From Vicugna vicugna (taxonomy: Eukaryota), in NCBI GenBank assembly GCA_013265495.1, contig MU058009.1:3677780-3741779 (forward strand): a stretch of DNA of 64,000 bases, in the 5' to 3' direction. Positions 13,158-25,371 of this stretch are shown in pieces (within the stretch, counting starts at the first letter, position 1; each line of letters starts with the position of its first letter). Both the position numbers and the translations under genes were made by a program. Below the pieces are notes generated by a model. The model was not told the DNA's origin. It made no database searches and saw nothing but the letters and a program-made list of their open reading frames with translations.

Positions 13158-13289
13158 GGCAAGTCAGCTGACACCAGCACTGATGTCCCAGAAGAGAAAG
13201 TATTAAAAATTTATCCCGAACATCAACACTTTGATCTCACTTCCTAAGTTAGGATTCTGCTGCAGCTGACAAGGTACAAAGACCACAGA

Positions 13290-13725
13290 TCACAAAGCCC
13301 GAGAAAACGGGGCTGGAATCCTGCCCTGACGTGTGCCAGTCGTGGAGTCTTCGGCAAAGCCCTTGACTCTTCTGGGTCTCAGGTTCTTTAAGTGAGGATA
13401 ACGTTACTGTCCGCCTCGTCTTGCTGTTTAAATGCAGCTGGGAAGGGGCAGGAGAGACATTCAGCCGACTGCCTGGCCCGTGGTGACTCCCGAGTACTGT
13501 CGGCTGTTGTGGACGTCGGTGTCACTGCCGGGCTTTGAAAAGCCTCAGGATCCCCTCTCGATGTGTGCCAACTGCAGATACAGGGCTCGTCCCCCAAGAC
13601 TAATGAATCAGTCTCCTTTTCACCAAAAGTGAGAACCGCTGGGCTGACCTAGAGTTCTGTGCGGATTAACTTAGATGAGGCGCTTCGAGTGTCTGGCATG
13701 GTGGCCAGCACACAGAGGGCCTCAG
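13290..13725 (+). mobile_element. MIR SINE interrupted by MER5-like fragment (duplicated at 18668-19103)
   Basis: MIR 5'/core (GGAATCCTGCCCTGAC...GGCAAAGCCCTTGACTCTTCTGGGTCTCAG) and MIR 3' (GGATTAACTTAGATGAGG...TCTGGCATG) flank a MER5-like piece (CCCCAAGACTAATGAATCAG...GTGAGAACCGCTG). Confidence 0.5.
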
Positions 13726-16029
13726 GACTCGCTGGCACCCGGACTCAGGCTCAGGGAGGCAGTGGCGTCAGAGAGCCAAGCAGGAACAGGGATCTACACC
13801 CCTGGCTCGCGGCTCTTCCTGCCTCCCTTTGAACCTTGCTCACCTGCTGAGCAGTTCGGCGCTGTGGGTCCTCTTTATCACTAACACAAGCCCTTGAATG
13901 CTGGGATAATTCAGGAGCGTCGCAGACCCGGACAGAGCCACCTATCCAGAGAGCAGGTAACAGATGAGGTAGGAGTCCTCCCTGAGTTCAAGGTGAGGCT
14001 TCCGAAGGCCATTTTCTGCTGGCGTCAGGCACGCTATTTTAGGAATGTGCGATTCCGGCCTTGGAAGCCAAGCCTGGTTCAAAACAATCATTCACAGTTA
14101 ATGAACTTACAGAATTACGGCCCTCGGATCAGAGCTTTCCTCTCGCTCGTTTGGCCAGCTTGCCTGGATCAGGTGTTGAAGCACAGAATTGAGAAACGTT
14201 TCAGAGAAATGGCACACATCAACCTCCCTGTGAACGGCCAGGCTAATTTAGGCCACTTCTGTTTAATTGTACTACGTACCGCCACGCGAGGGATGTGCAA
14301 GCTAACATCCTCTCCCCATGTCCAGGCGGGGAAACGGCCACCAGGAGAAGACCCCTGTGGAGTCTGGGTTTAGAAGAGGTGGACAACTTGCCAATCTTCG
14401 TAGCATTTCCAACGAGCTAAATAGAACCTACTCATCCCATTGATAGCAATGCATACTTTTTTAAAAAATAAATACGTTCGATATAGAGAAAGCACCGTTT
14501 GATTGAGTAGATTTCCTTTAATCGATGTTTTATTTCCAGAGTGTGCTTTTAATTTCTCGAAGTGCTTTTACTGTGTCACCTCGTTTGATTTGCGCCCGGG
14601 CTCTGCATGGCGGGACGCAGGCATTATTTCACTTCACTGAGCAGGTGGCGAAGCCGAGGCTTGAACTGCGCAGGCAGTTAGTCCAGGGGACAGGGTGGCG
14701 TTGTTAGAGCCGGAACCTCCGCTTCTGAGCCTCCAACCTGCGCCCTTTCCACACGATGACCCTGTCTCTCCTGAAAAGTCACACCGTGCACCGTGAGAAA
14801 ATATGTAGCGTATTAACTTGCCACGGGGGGCTGGAGACCTCGGAAAACAGCGTCGAAGAATTTCCTGCATCACTGCCCTGGGAGAAGGTCGTCTCTCTTT
14901 GTCTCTCGCTATCTCTTGCTGTTCTGTAATGTAAAAAAGATTTTTTTTTTTGCCTCCTGCTGGGCGCTTTTAAGTAGTTTCCACAGAAGGAGATGTAGAG
15001 GGTCTCTAGATTGCATTTCAGGGTTGGTTGCTGGAGCAGGAAAGGTGACCATGGCAGACCAGGTGGCCATCTATCTTGATCCGGTGGCGTGGGCTCAGGA
15101 GAAGGGCCACCCTGGAAGCAGCTGTGTGCGTGCTCACGGGGGAATAAGCGGCCAGACTGCGAAGTCTTTCCCTCTTTTGTCACAGACTCGAATTTTGGGG
15201 GCAGACATCAGAAAGTCTGACGTCTCATCACTAATGCTGTGGCCAAGGTCTGAGCTGCTGACTGCGTCTTAATCTACAGAAATCCCAGCCATGCCCTGCA
15301 AGGGGCCTGATGGTGGCTGCACCCAAGACGCTGGGGAAAGATTCTGAACGGTGTATAGAAAAACCGGAATCTGGCTGCTCGAGTCACGTGCCAAGCAAAG
15401 CCTCCACGGTCACCGCACTGGGGACTCTTCCTCTCAATGTCAGCTCTGCCCTTTCTCTGCTGCTTGGCCTGGACATTAGCACTGAGAGCATCCCTGCGGC
15501 TTAATCACAGGAGTCGTTAGTAAGAGGCAGACAGGCGGGGGCGCAGGGTGGTCTGACTGAGTTCTGCTTTATTCTGCTTACATGTGAAATCCTGGGTCTC
15601 ACACGTGCCCTTTCGATATCCTTCCTAATTGGTTGCCCAAGCGTCACTTTTCTTTTCAGCCGACTGGGGTGGAATCGGCCTCTCTGGTCTGCCTCTGCTC
15701 TGTTTCTGCCTCAGGCAGCACGGCCTTCCAGTCCTTGGCCCGGTCCCTGGAGAGACTTCACAGGACCCCTGTACCTGCGCTCTCCTGCCTAGACCCGCCT
15801 CGGCCTAATGAGCTGGTTTTCCAGCCCAGGTCCCCGCTCTCGGAACTTCCCTGGCTTGCTTTCCCCTTGTCCACTCCCCCCGACCCGGCGCTGCCGCTCC
15901 CAGGGCTGCGGGGCCCATCGGCGCCACTCAGTATTCTGGGTGTCGGTTCAGCCGTTCGGATTAGCGCGACGCAAACATCCTCATTTACATGGAATTCACA
16001 GAAGGTGACATTCTGTCTGTAACAATAGG

Positions 16030-16380
16030 TTGTAATTATCATGGCTCTCATTTGTATTCCATTTTACAGCTTCTTGAATTGTTTTCACATGCGTTACCCT
16101 GTTTGATTCTGCTTGCAATGCTGGGATGTGGGCGATTGTTCATTCATTCCTTCACTCACCGAATATTTATCAAGGGGCCAGGGAAGGCGAGGAGATTGCG
16201 GCAGGCGTGGTCCTGCCCTGGTGGGGCTTCTATTCTAGGCCACGTACGTGTTACCTTTTGCATTTTACCGCTGACCCAACTGCGGCCCAGGGACGTTAAA
16301 AGACTCTAGTCACTCACGTAGCAAGTGCAAGAGTGAGGGCCGGACCCAGCTGTGTGGCCCTTTGTCCCGCGCTGCCTCCT
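16030..16380 (-). mobile_element. MIR SINE with nested L2 3' tail (~16137-16240); duplicated at 21408-21758
   Basis: The MIR reverse core is split by TTCATTCATTCCTTCACTCACCGAATATTTATC...GTCCTGCCCTGGTGGGGCTTCTATTCTAG. Confidence 0.5.
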
Positions 16381-17504
16381 TCACCTGGCTGAGGATGCAG
16401 AAGTCCTCATCGCACACAGAGGCTGTGCTTCAGGAGCTGAGAACCTGGAACTCAGGACGCATTCTCCCATAGAAATTACGTTATAAACGGTTAGCATGTT
16501 ACAAGTCCATTCAGCAAAAGCCCGGCTAACCCGTGTAACCCATCACGTAACTGAAGCATGCGGCTAACGGGGCGGTCCCTCCCCTGCCGCGCCGCTGGGG
16601 ACGCGTCTCCCAGGCTCGTTCAACTTGATGCCGTGTGAATACCGTCCACTTTTGGCCTCTGGGCTTCCTCATTTTCCTCGCTCCTCACTGTAGACAGGGC
16701 ACCGTCCGGTGTAACAGGCCTACTTTCCTCCCTTGGTTTAATTTCCTTGTATTTTCTGCTCTCTAATTTTGTGTGTGCTGCGAGGAGCTAACGTGTGGAA
16801 GCAGCAAGCTCAGTTTGTGTGGAGGGTGTGCTATTAAATGGGTAAGTGATTGTCTGGCTTGAGGACGGATGTGTGGCTGTTTCCATAGACACCCGATCAC
16901 AATAACTAATTAGGCCAACATGCTTTCCGAAGCCTATTTCAGGGGCGTTTCGGACGTAACGTACTCCGAACACCCTATGTTGCAGGTATGTGTTTCTTTC
17001 TGTCTCTTTGGTAGCAGCCAGGAGTAACCTCTGAGGCCTCTGATAGAGACTGAATGAACAGACGGCAGGAGCTTTGCCATTCGCCGTGTAGAAGCCGCCT
17101 GAGTAATGATTATCTCTCACCCACGTTTCTGAACTGTGATCCATTGAACTGCTTCTGGGGTTTCTCCATGAGGAAGAGTCTTGAGTTCAAAATCGAGACC
17201 CAAGGGAAGTACCTCCCCTTCCCTTCCCCTGCGCCCTCCTCCCATCTGAGGCTTCCTGAGGACCTGCAACCTGCATGGGGTTAGTGACGACCAACCCAAG
17301 TCTTCTTTACCTGTGGGCCTTCAGAAGAGGCAGCATCTTGTTTCTGTTTCTGCGTTAGTACCTGGGAGGTGGGGGATAAAGGCTTCAACCTCCTATGTCC
17401 CTATGCACAGTTGCATCATAGAATCACCAGAGAATAAAACGTCAAATTTATGAGTGGTCCTAGAATCCCTCTAGCGTTGCTAAAGTAGGAGCTGCCAGTA
17501 CTGT

Positions 17505-17545
17505 TATGATGATGATGATGATGATGATGACGATGATGATGATGA
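17505..17545. repeat. (GAT)n microsatellite at MIR tail (copy at 22883-22923)
   Basis: About 13 GAT units with one GAC interruption, identical in both duplicate copies. Followed by a minus-strand MIR to ~17740. Confidence 0.9.
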
Positions 17546-18512
17546 TTCAGCATCCAGCATGTAGACGCACTGTTCTGGTTACTTGATAAAGATTCTTTTG
17601 AATCCTCCCGACAATCAGGTATCATCACAGTTCTGAGACCAACAAACTGAGCTTGAAAAGTGTAGGTTATTCGCCTAAGACCATGCAGCTTACAGACGGT
17701 AGGGTGGGCTTGGAAACCAGGAGTCTGCTGACTTCACTGCACCGAGAGGTTCAAAGGGCACCCATTCTCGCCAGGACCTGTCCCCCATCCTTAGGTGGTG
17801 TCCAAGAGGGCAGCTTGATTTACGAATGTCCTTCCGCCTTGACTCTTTCTTAGAAATGCAGGGAGCAGGAAAGGCTTTTCTAAAAATCCTTCCAAATGGG
17901 AGTGAGTCATGATGATTAACTCCAGTTTTCTGCTTTGCGTCTTGGGACAGCTCAGTCCTTTTGCTATGCCATGATCCTAACTTTAGCTTGATGACTTAAT
18001 GAGTTAAAAGCTTCATATGTATGTTACCCAAAGGGAGGAAGACACGTCCCTGAGATCTACCACTTAGCACCCCTCCCTCCAAGCAGGTGTGAAAAGGAAT
18101 CTGCACATCCGTGAGTTCAAACACGCTTGCTTCTTCTCCGAATGTCACTGAGACCCCCGTATCCACACCTCACCACCTCCTGCTTTCCCTTTGTAATCTC
18201 TGAAGATCTTTATGCCTGGAATTTTTCATAGATCCATGTTTTGCTCATTTCTAATGTAATAATAGGTCAAATGTCTTTTGGAATCATAAGCAAATTAAAA
18301 TTTAAATTGATGTGCTTTGCGTGAAAGGACAGCCATGCAGATATATATGAAAAGACAGCGTGGAGAGGGAGTGGCTCTGGGTTCCTGGATTAGAGAGTTG
18401 AGCAATTTTATGATTGCTAACCAGGAGCCAGGGTGTACGTGGATTCCCGGATCCCTCTCCTCCCAAATCCAGCATCCACAGGTGAACTTTTGAGCAAATC
18501 TCTTTTTTTTTT

Positions 18513-21500
18513 ATGATGATGATGATGATGATAATGGCAAGTCAGCTGACACCAGCACTGATGTCCCAGAAGAGAAAGTATTAAAAATTTATCCCGAACA
18601 TCAACACTTTGATCTCACTTCCTAAGTTAGGATTCTGCTGCAGCTGACAAGGTACAAAGACCACAGATCACAAAGCCCGAGAAAACGGGGCTGGAATCCT
18701 GCCCTGACGTGTGCCAGTCGTGGAGTCTTCGGCAAAGCCCTTGACTCTTCTGGGTCTCAGGTTCTTTAAGTGAGGATAACGTTACTGTCCGCCTCGTCTT
18801 GCTGTTTAAATGCAGCTGGGAAGGGGCAGGAGAGACATTCAGCCGACTGCCTGGCCCGTGGTGACTCCCGAGTACTGTCGGCTGTTGTGGACGTCGGTGT
18901 CACTGCCGGGCTTTGAAAAGCCTCAGGATCCCCTCTCGATGTGTGCCAACTGCAGATACAGGGCTCGTCCCCCAAGACTAATGAATCAGTCTCCTTTTCA
19001 CCAAAAGTGAGAACCGCTGGGCTGACCTAGAGTTCTGTGCGGATTAACTTAGATGAGGCGCTTCGAGTGTCTGGCATGGTGGCCAGCACACAGAGGGCCT
19101 CAGGACTCGCTGGCACCCGGACTCAGGCTCAGGGAGGCAGTGGTGTCAGAGAGCCAAGCAGGAACAGGGATCTACACCCCTGGCTCGCGGCTCTTCCTGC
19201 CTCCCTTTGAACCTTGCTCACCTGCTGAGCAGTTCGGCGCTGTGGGTCCTCTTTATCACTAACACAAGCCCTTGAATGCTGGGATAATTCAGGAGCGTCG
19301 CAGACCCGGACAGAGCCACCTATCCAGAGAGCAGGTAACAGATGAGGTAGGAGTCCTCCCTGAGTTCAAGGTGAGGCTTCCGAAGGCCATTTTCTGCTGG
19401 CGTCAGGCACGCTATTTTAGGAATGTGCGATTCCGGCCTTGGAAGCCAAGCCTGGTTCAAAACAATCATTCACAGTTAATGAACTTACAGAATTACGGCC
19501 CTCGGATCAGAGCTTTCCTCTCGCTCGTTTGGCCAGCTTGCCTGGATCAGGTGTTGAAGCACAGAATTGAGAAATGTTTCAGAGAAATGGCACACATCAA
19601 CCTCCCTGTGAACGGCCAGGCTAATTTAGGCCACTTCTGTTTAATTGTACTACGTACCGCCACGCGAGGGATGTGCAAGCTAACATCCTCTCCCCATGTC
19701 CAGGCGGGGAAACGGCCACCAGGAGAAGACCCCTGTGGAGTCTGGGTTTAGAAGAGGTGGACAACTTGCCAATCTTCGTAGCATTTCCAACGAGCTAAAT
19801 AGAACCTACTCATCCCATTGATAGCAATGCATACTTTTTTAAAAAATAAATACGTTCGATATAGAGAAAGCACCGTTTGATTGAGTAGATTTCCTTTAAT
19901 CGATGTTTTATTTCCAGAGTGTGCTTTTAATTTCTCGAAGTGCTTTTACTGTGTCACCTCGTTTGATCTGCGCCCGGGCTCTGCATGGCGGGATGCAGGC
20001 ATTATTTCACTTCACTGAGCAGGTGGCGAAGCCGAGGCTTGAACTGCGCAGGCAGTTAGTCCAGGGGACAGGGTGGCGTTGTTAGAGCCGGAACCTCCGC
20101 TTCTGAGCCTCCAACCTGCGCCCTTTCCACACGATGACCCTGTCTCTCCTGAAAAGTCACACCGTGCACCGTGAGAAAATATGTAGCGTATTAACTTGCC
20201 ACGGGGGGCTGGAGACCTCGGAAAACAGCGTCGAAGAATTTCCTGCATCACTGCCCTGGGAGAAGGTCGTCTCTCTTTGTCTCTCGCTATCTCTTGCTGT
20301 TCTGTAATGTAAAAAAGATTTTTTTTTTTGCCTCCTGCTGGGCGCTTTTAAGTAGTTTCCACAGAAGGAGATGTAGAGGGTCTCTAGATTGCATTTCAGG
20401 GTTGGTTGCTGGAGCAGGAAAGGTGACCATGGCAGACCAGGTGGCCATCTATCTTGATCCGGTGGCGTGGGCTCAGGAGAAGGGCCACCCTGGAAGCAGC
20501 TGTGTGCGTGCTCACGGGGGAATAAGCGGCCAGACTGCGAAGTCTTTCCCTCTTTTGTCACAGACTCGAATTTTGGGGGCAGATATCAGAAAGTCTGACG
20601 TCTCATCACTAATGCTGTGGCCAAGGTCTGAGCTGCTGACTGCGTCTTAATCTACAGAAATCCCAGCCATGCCCTGCAAGGGGCCTGATGGTGGCTGCAC
20701 CCAAGACGCTGGGGAAAGATTCTGAACGGTGTATAGAAAAACCGGAATCTGGCTGCTCGAGTCACGTGCCAAGCAAAGCCTCCACGGTCACCGCACTGGG
20801 GACTCTTCCTCTCAATGTCAGCTCTGCCCTTTCTCTGCTGCTTGGCCTGGACATTAGCACTGAGAGCATCCCTGCGGCTTAATCACAGGAGTCGTTAGTA
20901 AGAGGCAGACAGGCGGGGGCGCAGGGTGGTCTGACTGAGTTCTGCTTTATTCTGCTTACATGTGAAATCCTGGGTCTCACACGTGCCCTTTCGATATCCT
21001 TCCTAATTGGTTGCCCAAGCGTCACTTTTCTTTTCAGCCGACTGGGGTGGAATCGGCCTCTCTGGTCTGCCTCTGCTCTGTTTCTGCCTCAGGCAGCACG
21101 GCCTTCCAGTCCTTGGCCCGGTCCCTGGAGAGACTTCACAGGACCCCTGTACCTGCGCTCTCCTGCCTAGACCCGCCTCGGCCTAATGAGCTGGTTTTCC
21201 AGCCCAGGTCCCCGCTCTCGGAACTTCCCTGGCTTGCTTTCCCCTTGTCCACTCCCCCCGACCCGGCGCTGCCGCTCCCAGGGCTGCGGGGCCCATCGGC
21301 GCCACTCAGTATTCTGGGTGTCGGTTCAGCCGTTCGGATTAGCGCGACGCAAACATCCTCATTTACATGGAATTCACAGAAGGTGACATTCTGTCTGTAA
21401 CAATAGGTTGTAATTATCATGGCTCTCATTTGTATTCCATTTTACAGCTTCTTGAATTGTTTTCACATGCGTTACCCTGTTTGATTCTGCTTGCAATGCT

Positions 21501-23890
21501 GGGATGTGGGCGATTGTTCATTCATTCCTTCACTCACCGAATATTTATCAAGGGGCCAGGGAAGGCGAGGAGATTGCGGCAGGCGTGGTCCTGCCCTGGT
21601 GGGGCTTCTATTCTAGGCCACGTACGTGTTACCTTTTGCATTTTACCGCTGACCCAACTGCGGCCCAGGGACGTTAAAAGACTCTAGTCACTCACGTAGC
21701 AAGTGCAAGAGTGAGGGCCGGACCCAGCTGTGTGGCCCTTTGTCCCGCGCTGCCTCCTTCACCTGGCTGAGGATGCAGAAGTCCTCATCGCACACAGAGG
21801 CTGTGCTTCAGGAGCTGAGAACCTGGAACTCAGGACGCATTCTCCCATAGAAATTACGTTATAAACGGTTAGCATGTTACAAGTCCATTCAGCAAAAGCC
21901 CGGCTAACCCGTGTAACCCATCACGTAACTGAAGCATGCGGCTAACGGGGCGGTCCCTCCCCTGCCGCGCCGCTGGGGACGCGTCTCCCAGGCTCGTTCA
22001 ACTTGATGCCGTGTGAATACCGTCCACTTTTGGCCTCTGGGCTTCCTCATTTTCCTCGCTCCTCACTGTAGACAGGGCACCGTCCGGTGTAACAGGCCTA
22101 CTTTCCTCCCTTGGTTTAATTTCCTTGTATTTTCTGCTCTCTAATTTTGTGTGTGCTGCGAGGAGCTAACGTGTGGAAGCAGCAAGCTCAGTTTGTGTGG
22201 AGGGTGTGCTATTAAATGGGTAAGTGATTGTCTGGCTTGAGGACGGATGTGTGGCTGTTTCCATAGACACCCGATCACAATAACTAATTAGGCCAACATG
22301 CTTTCCGAAGCCTATTTCAGGGGCGTTTCGGACGTAACGTACTCCGAACACCCTATGTTGCAGGTATGTGTTTCTTTCTGTCTCTTTGGTAGCAGCCAGG
22401 AGTAACCTCTGAGGCCTCTGATAGAGACTGAATGAACAGACGGCAGGAGCTTTGCCATTCGCCGTGTAGAAGCCGCCTGAGTAATGATTATCTCTCACCC
22501 ACGTTTCTGAACTGTGATCCATTGAACTGCTTCTGGGGTTTCTCCATGAGGAAGAGTCTTGAGTTCAAAATCGAGACCCAAGGGAAGTACCTCCCCTTCC
22601 CTTCCCCTGCGCCCTCCTCCCATCTGAGGCTTCCTGAGGACCTGCAACCTGCATGGGGTTAGTGACGACCAACCCAAGTCTTCTTTACCTGTGGGCCTTC
22701 AGAAGAGGCAGCATCTTGTTTCTGTTTCTGCGTTAGTACCTGGGAGGTGGGGGATAAAGGCTTCAACCTCCTATGTCCCTATGCACAGTTGCATCATAGA
22801 ATCACCAGAGAATAAAACGTCAAATTTATGAGTGGTCCTAGAATCCCTCTAGCGTTGCTAAAGTAGGAGCTGCCAGTACTGTTATGATGATGATGATGAT
22901 GATGATGACGATGATGATGATGATTCAGCATCCAGCATGTAGACGCACTGTTCTGGTTACTTGATAAAGATTCTTTTGAATCCTCCCGACAATCAGGTAT
23001 CATCACAGTTCTGAGACCAACAAACTGAGCTTGAAAAGTGTAGGTTATTCGCCTAAGACCATGCAGCTTACAGACGGTAGGGTGGGCTTGGAAACCAGGA
23101 GTCTGCTGACTTCACTGCACCGAGAGGTTCAAAGGGCACCCATTCTCGCCAGGACCTGTCCCCCATCCTTAGGTGGTGTCCAAGAGGGCAGCTTGATTTA
23201 CGAATGTCCTTCCGCCTTGACTCTTTCTTAGAAATGCAGGGAGCAGGAAAGGCTTTTCTAAAAATCCTTCCAAATGGGAGTGAGTCATGATGATTAACTC
23301 CAGTTTTCTGCTTTGCGTCTTGGGACAGCTCAGTCCTTTTGCTATGCCATGATCCTAACTTTAGCTTGATGACTTAATGAGTTAAAAGCTTCATATGTAT
23401 GTTACCCAAAGGGAGGAAGACACGTCCCTGAGATCTACCACTTAGCACCCCTCCCTCCAAGCAGGTGTGAAAAGGAATCTGCACATCCGTGAGTTCAAAC
23501 ACGCTTGCTTCTTCTCCGAATGTCACTGAGACCCCCGTATCCACACCTCACCACCTCCTGCTTTCCCTTTGTAATCTCTGAAGATCTTTATGCCTGGAAT
23601 TTTTCATAGATCCATGTTTTGCTCATTTCTAATGTAATAATAGGTCAAATGTCTTTTGGAATCATAAGCAAATTAAAATTTAAATTGATGTGCTTTGCGT
23701 GAAAGGACAGCCATGCAGATATATATGAAAAGACAGCGTGGAGAGGGAGTGGCTCTGGGTTCCTGGATTAGAGAGTTGAGCAATTTTATGATTGCTAACC
23801 AGGAGCCAGGGTGTACGTGGATTCCCGGATCCCTCTCCTCCCAAATCCAGCATCCACAGGTGAACTTTTGAGCAAATCTCTTTTTTTTTT
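18513..23890 (+). repeat. Tandem segmental duplication, copy 2 (5,378 bp)
   Basis: Starts directly after GAGCAAATCTC(T)10 with ATGATGATG... and ends at the second GAGCAAATCTC(T)10. I found six substitutions versus copy 1 by eye. Confidence 0.98.
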
Positions 23891-24455
23891 CCTTAGGACC
23901 ATTGATAACTGCAGTTCCTGGGAGAAGGAGAGAGGATTTGGGAGAACCGAAATTGAGCCTTGTGCAGATCAGTTGATGCATGACTTAGATGACCAAAGGC
24001 ATTGCTAGCAGTATTTGCAGGACAACAGAGAAGAGCCCCCTTGTTGCTCTGTGTGGGGCTTCATTTTTAACTAATCTCAGTGTAGGAATAAAGCAAAGTG
24101 ATTAACTGAGATCTTTCCTGGTAAGCATTTCATAACAACTACTGTGCTATTCACAGCTGAATTGACGAGCCGTCAGGGGGATGCGCTTCTGTAAGACAGA
24201 GACCTCTAACTTGGAAAAGCTTTCTCCAGGGAAACACTAAATCAAAACAAAATTAAGGAGCAATTAAAGTGCTGCAAATAAGACCTGTGTGGAAAGGTTG
24301 GGGAGCTGGGATTACGGAACTTGGGGCAGAAAAGCTGCAGAGATTTCAGGGAAACTTCAAGTGTCCAAAACGTCCTCCAACCACTGTTTTCCACTGTCTC
24401 CACAGAGCACAGAACAGGAGGGCTGATCTTAAGCTGTATTATTAGGGATTTAGGT

Positions 24456-24652
24456 CAGTCAATGGCTCTCAAGCCCCAGCTGCACGTTCAGATCACTCAG
24501 CCACTGTCTCAGCCCTGCTGCTGCCTGGGTCTTGCCCTGGGTGGTGACTCCCCAGAGGTGAGACCCAAGCGTAAGTTTTGTTTTTGTTTTTGTTTTTGTT
24601 TTTTTAAGTTATGCTGTCTATTCTAGTATGTAGCCAGGGCTGAGAACTACTC
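24456..24652. mobile_element. MER5A-like hAT-Charlie DNA transposon
   Basis: Termini CAATGGCTCTCAAG ... CAGGGCTGAGAACTACT, with TGCACGTTCAGATCAC inside and a (TTTTTG)n expansion at 24575-24605. Confidence 0.6.
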
Positions 24653-25371
24653 AGTTGACTAAGGGGGCTGATTTTCTGACAACATGCATCTCAGAAACTG
24701 ATTGGGAAAGCACCTATAGATGTCTTTAAAATCTAGGTGAGTCATATTTGAGCTGGACAGGTTCCAGCTAGGCCAGTGGACTTGCTAAACCCACATCTGA
24801 CTTGGCTATTTTTTTTTTTTTTTGCTACTGAGTGGCCTGGGTGCCTCAAGCCACAGGGGGTACCTCAGCACAGACTCGCAGTCAGTATTTGTTGAGTGGA
24901 TGAGTGAATGAATGAATGCTAAAAGACCTCAGAAGAGGGCAGCTGGTGGTTTGTGATGCTGGCCTGCAGAGGTGAATTTCTGGAATGGCTTCCTCGAAGC
25001 AAGCGATGCTTAAATTAAGAAAATGCCGCTAGACTTTGTGATTCAAAAGTATCTGTTAAACTCCAAGACTTTTATACGAAGGAGTCATAGAGATGGAAGG
25101 CAGAATTCAAAGGACAACAAGGAAGTGGGTGGTAGAGAAGTGGTGGAAGTACATGTTGAGAAGCCACTTGTGAGGTTTGGAAGTGGAGTGGAGAGACAGT
25201 AAAGTACAGCTGGAGGTGACACATTTTCTGTGCAAGCTTGAAGATGGAGAGGAAGGATGGGGTCGGGGTAGGTTTAAGATGCTGGGCAGGTAGCACAGCT
25301 GAGAAAAGGCTCCAACGGAGATAAGCCTGAAGACAGAGGTAGAAGACAGAGTAATTCAGGTGGAGCAGCTC

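Larger units (their letters stand above)
13135..18512 (+). repeat. Tandem segmental duplication, copy 1 (5,378 bp)
   Basis: The sequence and all supplied ORFs recur at a constant +5378 offset (e.g. 13388/18766, 17653/23031). Confidence 0.98.

Noticed and set aside
16455..16520. Possible Tigger-like DNA transposon fragment (CCCATAGAAATTACGTTATAAA)
   Set aside because: Too short and degenerate to assign from memory.
17416..17628. Poly-histidine ORF (and its copy at 22794-23006)
   Set aside because: It is the translation of the (GAT)n microsatellite in a MIR tail.
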